A stretch of 64,000 nt of DNA from Gemmatimonadota bacterium (GTDB lineage: Bacteria; Gemmatimonadota; Gemmatimonadetes; Gemmatimonadales; GWC2-71-9): assembly GCA_003222115.1 (NCBI GenBank), contig QHUL01000050.1:17086-81085 (forward strand), written 5' to 3'. Both the position numbers and the translations under genes were made by a program. The notes beneath the pieces are model-generated. The model was not told the origin of the DNA. It worked only from the letters and a program-made list of their open reading frames with translations, and did no database searches. Shown in pieces: positions 43,055 through 50,963 of this stretch. How positions within the stretch are numbered: the first letter of the stretch is position 1; every line of letters starts with the position of its first letter.

Positions 43055-44186
43055 CCTGCACGTTATAGAAGAATGGGGAGAGGCGCACGTGCCCGGGCCG
43101 CGCGTCCGCGACGATCCGCGCCTCGGCGAGCGCGCGCACCTTGGCCGCCGGATCCACCGCGGGGAGCATCACGATCCCGGAGCGCTGCTGCGGGTGCGCC
43201 GCGACCTTGGGCTGGAAGCCTCGCTCACGGGCGCGGGCGATGAGGTCCTCCGCCAGCGCCCCGGTGACCGCTCGGATCGCCGGCACCCCGATCTCATCGA
43301 CGTAGTCGAGCCCGCCGAGCTGAGCGTAGATGGCGGCGAGCGCCGGCGTGCCGAGCTCGAAGCGCCGCGCGTCGTCGTGAAACTCGAGCCGTCGGGGGTC
43401 GAAGGCGAACTGGTCCCGGTGCCCGAACCACCCGGCGACGCCCGGCATCAGGCGGCGCGCCAGGTCCTCCCGCGCGTAGAGGAACACCACCCCCGGGCCG
43501 CCGAGCAGCCACTTGAGGCCGCCCGCGGTGAGGAAGTCGACCCCGCTCGCGTGCACATCCACCGGTACCTGCCCCACCGACTGGTAGGCGTCGATCAGGC
43601 AGAGCGCGCCGCTCGCGTGGGCAGCCTCGGCCACGGCGGCGATATCCTGGATCGCGCCGCTCGTGAAGTAGACGTGGGACGTCGCCACGAGCGCGGTGCG
43701 CTCGTCCACCGCGCGCGCGATCGCTTCCACGGGCACGGTGACCTGATCCGGACTCTCGACCACGACCAGCTCGATCCCGCGCGCCCGCTTGGCGAGCCAC
43801 TGGTAGGCGACGGTGGGGAAGTCGAGCGAAGTGACGACGACCCGGCGGCGCTTGCCATAGTCCAACGCCTCCGCCACCGAGGCGAGCGCAACGGAGATGC
43901 TCGGGCCGAGGGCGATCTCCTCGGGCGTCGCGGCGATCACGCGCGCGTAGCGACGGCGCAACTCCGCCAGCGCGGCCCACCACACGTCGTACCAGGCGGA
44001 CGCCCCTCGCTCCTGCCAGAGATCGAGGAACTCGGCGATGCGCCGGCGAGTCCGCTCCCCCAGCGCGCCCAGCGAGCAGGTATTGAGGTAGATCTTGTCC
44101 CGGAAGATCGGGAACTCGCCCCGATAGTGGGCGAGCGGATGGGCGCCGGCCTGGCGGGTCGCCGTGAGGCCACTTGCGAGCGTCAT
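43005..44186 (-). CDS. Class V aminotransferase-fold PLP-dependent enzyme (kynureninase-like)
   Basis: The sequence runs FPIFRDKIYLNTCSLGAL...LWQERGASAWYDVWW...DAYQSVG...FLTAGGLKWLLGGPG. It overlaps the LOG start by ~50 nt. Confidence 0.75.
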   Translation of the reverse strand: MTLASGLTATRQAGAHPLAHYRGEFPIFRDKIYLNTCSLGALGERTRRRIAEFLDLWQERGASAWYDVWWAALAELRRRYARVIAATPEEIALGPSISVALASVAEALDYGKRRRVVVTSLDFPTVAYQWLAKRARGIELVVVESPDQVTVPVEAIARAVDERTALVATSHVYFTSGAIQDIAAVAEAAHASGALCLIDAYQSVGQVPVDVHASGVDFLTAGGLKWLLGGPGVVFLYAREDLARRLMPGVAGWFGHRDQFAFDPRRLEFHDDARRFELGTPALAAIYAQLGGLDYVDEIGVPAIRAVTGALAEDLIARARERGFQPKVAAHPQQRSGIVMLPAVDPAAKVRALAEARIVADARPGHVRLSPFFYNVQDDHVAALERLATRAGH

Positions 44187-44273
44187 AGGCGGTCAATATA
44201 CAGGACGAGCGGCGCCCTCGACACCGCGCGCGACGCTCGGCCGCGCGACCGCGCGTGTAAATTGCAAGGGGCG

Positions 44274-44540
44274 ATGCGGAACCCTACCAGCTGGCCGTCG
44301 CTGTCCCTGCGTCTCGCGATGCGAGCGCTCGCGCATCCGCGCCTCGCCGTGGATCTGCTGCGACTCGCTTGGAGCTTCCGCGCCCGCGGGTGGTTCCGCC
44401 GCCCGCCGTTTCTCCCGCTGCCGCCCCGCGAGTACCTGCGCTGGCGCATGCTCACCGCGTACGGCGACGAAGCGGCCGTGCCGCCGCTCGAGGACGTGGT
44501 GCGGTTCGCGCGCTGGCGACGGGAAGTGATGCACCTATGA
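44274..44540 (+). CDS. Small hypothetical protein (88 aa) coupled to queG
   Basis: This is the tail of track ORF 42846..44540. It starts at the ATG at 44274, and its stop overlaps the queG ATG as ATGA. It is Arg/Trp-rich. Confidence 0.45.
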   Translation: MRNPTSWPSLSLRLAMRALAHPRLAVDLLRLAWSFRARGWFRRPPFLPLPPREYLRWRMLTAYGDEAAVPPLEDVVRFARWRREVMHL

Positions 44541-45481
44541 ACCCCGTCCGGAACAGCGTCGCGGTAAAGCGTCGAGGAGAAGCGTTGGGTTTCGACGCCA
44601 TCGGCGTCGCTTCACTCGAGCGCAACGCGCACGCGGACGCATTGGACCGCTGGCTCGCCGCGGGGTACGCGGGCACCATGAGCTACCTGCACCGCCAAGC
44701 GGAGCAACGGAAGCTGCCCCACCGCATCATGCCCGAGGCCACGGTGGCCGTGGTGACCCTCACGAGCTACTTCCACGGCGCGGCCGATCCCCGGCCGGCG
44801 GCCCGGGATCACGGAAAGGTCGCCCAGTACGCCTGGGCGGCGGATTATCACGGCGTCGTGGGCCGGCGGCTGGAGCGACTCGCGAGCGCCGTCCGCGAGC
44901 TCGTGCCGGACTCCCGCACCCGCTGCTACGTCGACGCCGGGCCGGTGCCCGAGCGCGAGCTCGCGCAGCGCGCCGGGCTCGGCTGGATCGGCAAGAACAC
45001 GATGCTCATCCACCCCAAGCTCGGCTCCTTCACGTTCATCGGCGTCATCCTCACCGACGCGGCACTCGCTCCCGATGCGCCGTTCGAGGCCGACCGCTGC
45101 GGAACGTGCACCCGCTGCCTGGAAGCCTGCCCGACCGCCGCGTTCCCGGACTCCCGGGTTCTGGACTCGCGCCGCTGCATCTCTTACCTCACGATCGAGC
45201 ATCGCGGCGGCTTCACGGGCACCGAACAGGGGATGGTCGGCGACTGGCTGTTCGGGTGTGACGTCTGCCAGGACGTGTGCCCGTGGAACGTTCGCTTCGC
45301 GACTCCCACGACCGATCCGGAGCTCGCGCCCAGGCCGGAACTCTCCGCACCCGAGCTCGACACGCTGCTCCGGATGGAGCCGGAAGAATTCGACCGCCGC
45401 TTCGGCGACACCGCGTTCGAGCGCGCCGGCTCGGATGGAATGCGTCGCAACGCCGCGGCCGTCTCGACCAACCGCCGATGA
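44537..45481 (+). CDS. queG: Epoxyqueuosine reductase
   Basis: The sequence runs LGFDAIGVASL...YAGTMSYLHRQ...CGTCTRCLEACPTAAF...CISYLTIEH...GCDVCQDVCPWN, which covers two 4Fe-4S motifs. The ATG at 44537 is internal to track ORF 44369..45481. Confidence 0.92.
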   Translation: MNPVRNSVAVKRRGEALGFDAIGVASLERNAHADALDRWLAAGYAGTMSYLHRQAEQRKLPHRIMPEATVAVVTLTSYFHGAADPRPAARDHGKVAQYAWAADYHGVVGRRLERLASAVRELVPDSRTRCYVDAGPVPERELAQRAGLGWIGKNTMLIHPKLGSFTFIGVILTDAALAPDAPFEADRCGTCTRCLEACPTAAFPDSRVLDSRRCISYLTIEHRGGFTGTEQGMVGDWLFGCDVCQDVCPWNVRFATPTTDPELAPRPELSAPELDTLLRMEPEEFDRRFGDTAFERAGSDGMRRNAAAVSTNRR

Positions 45482-45768
45482 GCGACGCACCCCGGCCCCT
45501 GCTCTCGGCCGAGCAGCTCAGCGACATCCGGCACCGCCTGGTGGATGGACTCGCCATGATCGATCCACACCATCGCCTGCTCGGCCGGCCCGTCAGCTAT
45601 CGCGTGCTCGACGGCGAAGTGTTCGAGATAACGTTCCGGGACGTCTCGGGGATCGCCGAAGCGGAGGTGCTCGGCGTGAAGAAGTTGATCGGGGCGCAGT
45701 GCTACTGCACCGTAGCCCCGCAGACGGCGGAGAGCGTCACTGTGCGCTTCGTGGTTCCACTGAAGTAG
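45478..45768 (+). CDS. Small hypothetical protein (96 aa) coupled to queG
   Basis: Its ATG at 45478 overlaps the queG stop as ATGA. This is the tail of track ORF 45277..45768. Confidence 0.45.
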   Translation: MSDAPRPLLSAEQLSDIRHRLVDGLAMIDPHHRLLGRPVSYRVLDGEVFEITFRDVSGIAEAEVLGVKKLIGAQCYCTVAPQTAESVTVRFVVPLK

Positions 45769-45808
45769 CGGATCCCGTCACGACCCTCCACACTGCCTCC
45801 TCGCCTGT

Positions 45809-47014
45809 TCACCTTCTCCCCCCGGCCAGCCGCGCCGCCTCCGGCCGGCTCCTGAGCGCCAGCATCGCCCACACCCCGCACACCGGGCCCAGTGCCAGCA
45901 CGCTCATGCTCCAGCGCCAACCGATGCGACTGGCTACCGCCGGCAAGAGATAGATCGTCACGCAGGTGAGCAGAAACCCGAGACTCGTCTGCAGCGTGAG
46001 CGCCGTGCCGACGTGGTCGGCCGGCGCGAGCTCGCTCACGGCCGTGGAAAACTGGGCCGAGTCGGCCACGACCGTCACGCCCCAGACGAGGAGGAGCGGA
46101 ACCAGCGCCCCAAGCGGGCGCCCGAACATCGCGCCGGCGGCCAGCGCGCACGCGCCCGAGATCACCATGGCGCCACTGGTCACCACCGTGCGCCCCCACC
46201 GGTCGGCGTACCGCCCGCCCAGCCAGCACCCGACCGCTCCACTCCCCACCACCGCGAACGTCAGCAGCGCCGGGAGTGCGCCGCCCGCCGCGCCGCCCCC
46301 GCGCGCCTGCTCGCTCGCCGCGATGAACACGGCCATCCAGGTCCACATCGCGTACAGCTCCCACATGTGTCCGAGGTAGCCGAGGTTCGCGAGCGTGAGC
46401 GCGCGGTCGCGCAGGATCCGGGGCACCGCGCGCCACGTGAACGCGGGCGCGGGCGCCGCATACGGTCCGTCGTGCGGCACCACCAGCACGAGGCCCGCGC
46501 CGACCCACGCGCTCGCCGCGGCGGCACCGAGCACCGCACGCCACATGTCGCCCGGCACGGACCAACGCACCAGGTGCGGCAGCGCCGACCCTACCGTGAG
46601 CGCGCCCACGAGCACGCCGATCGCCCAGCCGCGCGCCTCTCGGAACCAGCCCGCCGTCAGCTTCATGCCGGGCGGATAGACCCCCGCGAGCGCCGCCCCG
46701 GTCAGCAACCGCAACGTGATGGCCAGGCCCGCCGTGGGCGCCAGCGCCACGCCGACCGTCGCGAGCCCCGCGATCACCGCGCACCCGGCGATCAAGCGCC
46801 GCGCGGACCAGCGGTCGCTCAGCGTGAGCACCGCCGACACGAGCGCGCCGGCGACGAAGCCCAGCTGCACGGAGATCGTGAGCCACGCCGTCCCCACCCC
46901 GCCCAGACCCCAGCGCGCCGCCAGGACCGGCGCGACGGCCGACGCGCTGAACCACGGCGCCATCGCGAGCAGCTCCGCGGCCGCGAGCACCGCGAGGACG
47001 CGACGCGGCGTCAA
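45809..47014 (-). CDS. MFS transporter
   Basis: It is a 401-aa polytopic protein with an MFS-like 6+6 TM layout. Its start overlaps the Nif3 stop by 4 nt. Confidence 0.8.
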   Translation of the reverse strand: MTPRRVLAVLAAAELLAMAPWFSASAVAPVLAARWGLGGVGTAWLTISVQLGFVAGALVSAVLTLSDRWSARRLIAGCAVIAGLATVGVALAPTAGLAITLRLLTGAALAGVYPPGMKLTAGWFREARGWAIGVLVGALTVGSALPHLVRWSVPGDMWRAVLGAAAASAWVGAGLVLVVPHDGPYAAPAPAFTWRAVPRILRDRALTLANLGYLGHMWELYAMWTWMAVFIAASEQARGGGAAGGALPALLTFAVVGSGAVGCWLGGRYADRWGRTVVTSGAMVISGACALAAGAMFGRPLGALVPLLLVWGVTVVADSAQFSTAVSELAPADHVGTALTLQTSLGFLLTCVTIYLLPAVASRIGWRWSMSVLALGPVCGVWAMLALRSRPEAARLAGGRR

Positions 47015-47763
47015 AGGCCGGTGGGATGGTCGAGGAACACCCAGGGCAGCCCGAAGCGCTGGTGGAGGTGTTCGGCCAGCGCTTTGACGCCCACCGTCTC
47101 TGTGGCGTAATGACCCGCGTAGAAGACGTTCAGGCCGAGCTCCTCGGCATCCAAGTACGTGTGGTGGGCTCCCTCACCCGTGATGTAGGTGTCCAATCCC
47201 GCCGCCGCAGCCTGGCCGATCAGTGACCCCGCGCCTCCCGTCACGATGCCGACGCGCCCGGTGCGCGCCGGGCCGAACGCCATCAGGCGCGGCGCCGACC
47301 CGAGCAACTCGTGGAGTCGCTCCCGCAGCTGCACCCGCTCCACGTCGAGCTCCCCCCAGACGCCGATCGTGACGCCGTACTCCTCGCCGAACTCGCCCAG
47401 CAGGCGCACCCCCACCTGCCGAGCGAGCACCGCGTTGTTCCCGACCTCCGGGTGCCGATCGAGCGGCAGATGCGCGCTGTAGACGGCGATGTTGCATTGC
47501 AGCAGGCCAGCAACCCGGCGGTAGGCGGGACCGGTCAGGGGACGAGGCCCACCCCAAAAGAGGCCGTGGTGCACCAGCAGCAAGTCGGCCCGCGCCTCGG
47601 CGGCTAGCCGTACGGTCGCCTCACAGAGATCCACGGCGGCTGCGACGCGAGTGATCTCTCCGCCGTTCGCCAGCTGCAGCCCATTGAGCGCCTGCGGGGC
47701 GTCGGGGACCTCTCGGACTCGCAGGTAGTCATCGAGATACGCGGTCACGTCCCCTAGGCGCAT
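47011..47763 (-). CDS. Nif3-like dinuclear metal centre protein (YbgI / GTP cyclohydrolase 1 type 2 family)
   Basis: The sequence runs NGLQL...VDLCEATVRLAAEARADLLLVHHGLFW...AHLPLD...GHYATE. Confidence 0.88.
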   Translation of the reverse strand: MRLGDVTAYLDDYLRVREVPDAPQALNGLQLANGGEITRVAAAVDLCEATVRLAAEARADLLLVHHGLFWGGPRPLTGPAYRRVAGLLQCNIAVYSAHLPLDRHPEVGNNAVLARQVGVRLLGEFGEEYGVTIGVWGELDVERVQLRERLHELLGSAPRLMAFGPARTGRVGIVTGGAGSLIGQAAAAGLDTYITGEGAHHTYLDAEELGLNVFYAGHYATETVGVKALAEHLHQRFGLPWVFLDHPTGL

Positions 47764-47903
47764 CGGAATCCGCAGCGCAGCACGCCGCGTGAGGCGCGCT
47801 TACAGTATAGCGACATTATCGCGGCACATTAGGGACAGTGACAGCCAATTAAGGGGAGATTCCCACATGACCGATTGCGTAACTCACTGCTGCACAGCGG
47901 ACT

Positions 47904-47937
47904 AAAATTTCCACACGCAACTCGGGGCGCCATGTGG
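47904..47937 (-). terminator. Weak intrinsic-terminator candidate after the bactofilin gene
   Basis: The minus strand reads CCACAUG-13 nt-CGUGUGG, a 7-bp stem including one G-U pair, followed by AAAUUUU. It starts 18 nt after the stop codon. Confidence 0.35.
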
Positions 47938-47954
47938 ATATGTGGCCATGGAGC

Positions 47955-48353
47955 TCAGCGGGAGCCCGAGTGCTCCGCTTCCTTCTCCAACGCACCCTCC
48001 CCCATCCGCACCACGCCGTTGATCTCGCCCCCCTCCTGCACCTGCAGGCGCCGCGACGCGAGGTCACCGTGGACGACGCTGGCCGCCTGAATCTCGATCC
48101 GCTCCTCGGCGCGGACACTGCCGCGCACTTCCCCGCCAATGATGGCTTCCTTCGTGATGACGTCCCCCTCTACTTCCCCGCCCTTCGCCACGAGCACCTG
48201 GCGGCCGGCTCGCACCGTGCCCACGACCGTTCCTTCGATCTTCACGACCCCCTCCGCGACGATGTCGCCTTCCACCCGCATGCCGGCCCCGATGATCGAG
48301 AGTCCGGCTTCGGACTCCGGCGCGCCGTGCCCTTTCTCGGTGAAGATCGCCAT
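47955..48353 (-). CDS. Bactofilin (polymer-forming cytoskeletal protein, CcmA/BacA family)
   Basis: The beta-helical repeat pattern is present: SIIGAGMRVEGDIVAEGVVKIEGTVVGTV...VEGDVITKEAIIGGEVRGSVRAEERIEI...VHGDL. Confidence 0.88.
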   Translation of the reverse strand: MAIFTEKGHGAPESEAGLSIIGAGMRVEGDIVAEGVVKIEGTVVGTVRAGRQVLVAKGGEVEGDVITKEAIIGGEVRGSVRAEERIEIQAASVVHGDLASRRLQVQEGGEINGVVRMGEGALEKEAEHSGSR

Positions 48354-48354
48354 G

Positions 48355-49149
48355 TCAATTCTCCTGTTTCACGACAGTGAGAGGGTCGAGCGACCGTCCG
48401 TCACGGCGGATTTCGAAGTGCAGGTGCGGAGCCGTGGATCGCCCCGAGGTTCCGGACAGCGCGATCACCTGCCCTGCCTGCACCGAGTCTCCCTCGCGTA
48501 CCAGCAACCGCGAGGCATGCCCGTACATCGTCTCATACCCTTGGGTATGGCGCAAGAGCACGAACAGGCCGTAGGCGGGATCGATGCCCGCGGCCGTGAC
48601 CATCCCCCCGCCGGCCGCGCGTACCGGCGTGCCCTCGGGCACCGCGATGTCCACGCCCGGATGCGACTCCGCCGCGTCGCCCGGGCGCACCTGGCCTCGT
48701 GTGACGAAGCCGGCCACGTCGAGCGGCCAATGTGAAGGTTGCGACGGCCCGGGTTCGTACCGCGGCGACGCGGCTGGTGAGCGCGCGCGCACCGCGACCG
48801 CGCGCAGCAACTCTACGCCCAGCTTCGCGCTGGTCCGCTCGGGCGGCGCTCTGACCCCGAGCAGCTGGCGCAGGGATTGATAGTTCTCCTCGGCACGATT
48901 CAGGGCCGCGGCGAGCTGCTGCACTTGACCGTTCTCCTCGCGCAATCGCGTCACCTGCCGCTCCAGCCCGGGCACGCGCGCCGCGGCCCGGCTGATGGGC
49001 CCCGCGAAGGCGAAGAACAGGACCACCAGGAGGGCGACCACCAGGGCCCCCCACTTCCCTGCCTCGAACGCCCACACCGGCACCCGATACTGCCGCGAGT
49101 CGAGATCGCCATCCGTGTGAATGACGATCGTCACGCCGCGGTCCTTCAT
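48355..49149 (-). CDS. M23-family (LytM-type) metallopeptidase with an N-terminal membrane anchor and coiled coil
   Basis: Motifs seen are HPGVDIAVPEGTPV and YGHASRLLV...GTSGRSTAPHLHFEI. A TM helix is present (WGALVVALLVVLFFAF). Confidence 0.88.
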   Translation of the reverse strand: MKDRGVTIVIHTDGDLDSRQYRVPVWAFEAGKWGALVVALLVVLFFAFAGPISRAAARVPGLERQVTRLREENGQVQQLAAALNRAEENYQSLRQLLGVRAPPERTSAKLGVELLRAVAVRARSPAASPRYEPGPSQPSHWPLDVAGFVTRGQVRPGDAAESHPGVDIAVPEGTPVRAAGGGMVTAAGIDPAYGLFVLLRHTQGYETMYGHASRLLVREGDSVQAGQVIALSGTSGRSTAPHLHFEIRRDGRSLDPLTVVKQEN

Positions 49150-50033
49150 CCGTCGAACGGGGCTCCGAGGAAGACCTCGAGCAGGCGCGCCAGGTCCTCG
49201 TTCGAGTAGAACGCGACGTGGATCTGGCCTTTCCCTCTCGCGCGCAACGTGACGCGGACGTCGGTGCCGAGCCGGCGGCGCAGCGCCTCTTCGATGCGCC
49301 GCACTTCGGGGACCTGCCCCACTCCCCGCTTGAGCCGCGGGCGCCGCTCCGGTGCGCGCCCTCCGCGCACCCGGTCTTCGACCTCGCGCACCGAGAGCCC
49401 CTGCGCGACCGCCTCCCGCGCGAGCGTCGTCGCGACGCGCGGATCCTCGAGGGCGAGGAGCGCGCGTGCATGACCCACGCTGAGCTCGCCGCCATGGAGC
49501 ATCGCCAGCACCGCCTCAGGCAGCTTCAGCAGCCGGAGCGCGTTGGCCACCGTAGAGCGATCTCGCCCCACGGCGTCCGCCACGTCTTGCTGCGTGAGCT
49601 TGAACTCCGCGATGAGGCGGTCGTAGCCGCGTCCTTCGTCGACGGGCGACAGATCGTCGCGTTGCAGATTCTCGATCAGGGCGAGCGTGAGCACCGTGCG
49701 GTCGTCCACCTCGCGCTTCACCGCCGGCACGCGCTCCCAGCCGAGCGCCTGGCAGGCGCGCAGTCGGCGCTCGCCGGCGATGAGCTCGTACCCGCCGCTC
49801 GCCGCGGTTCGCACCACGACGGGCTGCAGCAGCCCTGCCTGCTGGATCGAAGACTTCAGCTCCTCGAGCGAGGCCGCGTCCACGTCCTGCCGCGGCTGGA
49901 ACGGGTTGGGGCGGATCTCCCGCACGGGCAGGTCGACGAGACTTCCCTCGCGCTCGGCCTCCTCGCGGGTGGGGCCGAGGAGGGCCTCGAGCCCACGGCC
50001 GAGGCGACGGCGTCCTAATGTGGTCTCTGTCAT
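49146..50033 (-). CDS. parB: Chromosome partitioning protein ParB
   Basis: The sequence runs IRPNPFQPR...GLLQPVVV...YELIAGERRLRA...LIENLQRDDLSP, followed by an HTH. Confidence 0.95.
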   Translation of the reverse strand: MTETTLGRRRLGRGLEALLGPTREEAEREGSLVDLPVREIRPNPFQPRQDVDAASLEELKSSIQQAGLLQPVVVRTAASGGYELIAGERRLRACQALGWERVPAVKREVDDRTVLTLALIENLQRDDLSPVDEGRGYDRLIAEFKLTQQDVADAVGRDRSTVANALRLLKLPEAVLAMLHGGELSVGHARALLALEDPRVATTLAREAVAQGLSVREVEDRVRGGRAPERRPRLKRGVGQVPEVRRIEEALRRRLGTDVRVTLRARGKGQIHVAFYSNEDLARLLEVFLGAPFDG

Positions 50034-50851
50034 GCAGGCACCTCCGGCAGCGGTTCAGCAGCAGACGGGGCAGGGGACGGTGCGCGCTCCACCCGGTGGA
50101 TCAGCTCCTGGGCCAGCGCAAGATAGCTCTTCGCGCCCACGGACTGGACGTCATACAACAGGATCGGTTTACCGAAGCTCGGCGCCTCCGCCAGGCGGAC
50201 GTTCCGTGGCACCGTGATATCGAACATCTTCGGCCCGAGGTATTCCTTCGCTTCCTCAGCCACTTGCTTGCAGAGGTTGAGCCGCGCGTCGAACATCGTC
50301 AGCAGCACTCCATCGATGGCGAGCGCCGGGTTGAAATTGCGCTGCACGAGCTTGATTGTGTTGAGAAGCTGGGACAGTCCCTCCAACGCGTAGTACTCGC
50401 ACTGAATCGGGATCACGACGCTATCGGCCGCGACGAGCATGTTGAGCGTGATGAGGCCGAGCGACGGCGGGCAGTCGATGATGACGTAGTGGTACTCCTC
50501 CCGCACGTCGTCGAGCGCCCGCCGCATGCGGGATTCGCGCGCCGATACATTGACGAGCTCGAGCTCCGCCCCCACAAGATCCTGGGTGGCCGGCACGAGA
50601 TCGAGTAACGGGAAGTGCACGTGCGGGAAGCGTGTGCCGGAGAGCGGCCGACCGTCGAGCAGCGCGTCGTAGAGGGAGTGGCGGATGCGATCGCGCTCGA
50701 TACCAACGCCGCTCGTCGAGTTCGCCTGCGGGTCCGCGTCAATCAGGAGCGTCTTGCGCTCCGCCGCCGCGAGGGAGGCGGCGAGGTTCACCGCAGTGGT
50801 GGTCTTGCCGACCCCACCCTTCTGATTGGCGATCGCGACAACTCGGGACAT
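50030..50851 (-). CDS. parA: Chromosome partitioning ATPase ParA/Soj
   Basis: It has the deviant Walker A NQKGGVGKTTT, plus LLIDADPQ and YVIIDCPPSLG. Confidence 0.95.
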   Translation of the reverse strand: MSRVVAIANQKGGVGKTTTAVNLAASLAAAERKTLLIDADPQANSTSGVGIERDRIRHSLYDALLDGRPLSGTRFPHVHFPLLDLVPATQDLVGAELELVNVSARESRMRRALDDVREEYHYVIIDCPPSLGLITLNMLVAADSVVIPIQCEYYALEGLSQLLNTIKLVQRNFNPALAIDGVLLTMFDARLNLCKQVAEEAKEYLGPKMFDITVPRNVRLAEAPSFGKPILLYDVQSVGAKSYLALAQELIHRVERAPSPAPSAAEPLPEVPA

Positions 50852-50943
50852 GCCCTATAACTCATTAGCGGACAATTGGTTACAACAAAACTCGCTAAGT
50901 GGCCTACAAATATAGCGTAAGGGAGGGGGGAAGGAAAGCGGCC

Positions 50944-50959
50944 AGTTTCACGTGAAACA
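50944..50959. promoter_or_regulatory. parS: parS centromere-like site
   Basis: AGTTTCACGTGAAACA matches the consensus TGTTTCACGTGAAACA at 15/16 positions, with a perfect 14-bp palindromic core. It lies 5 nt after the mnmG stop and 93 nt upstream of parA, in an A/T-rich spacer. Confidence 0.85.
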
Positions 50960-50963
50960 CCCT

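Noticed and set aside
44190-44198. The 8-mer CGGTCAAT recurring in three intergenic regions (about 17626, 24904 and 44190)
   Set aside because: My rough expectation is about one chance occurrence per window. I could not exclude further copies in coding sequence, and the distances to neighbouring starts are inconsistent. The evidence is too weak to call a regulatory motif.
42846-44273. The first 476 codons of track ORF 42846..44540 (+)
   Set aside because: This part is antisense to the LOG and class V PLP genes. Only the last 88 codons, after the intergenic ATG at 44274, are a plausible gene.
47764-47903. -10-like boxes (TATACT, GATAAT) in the A/T-rich spacer upstream of the Nif3-like gene
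   Set aside because: No acceptable -35 element lies at 16-18 nt spacing, so I could not support a specific promoter call.
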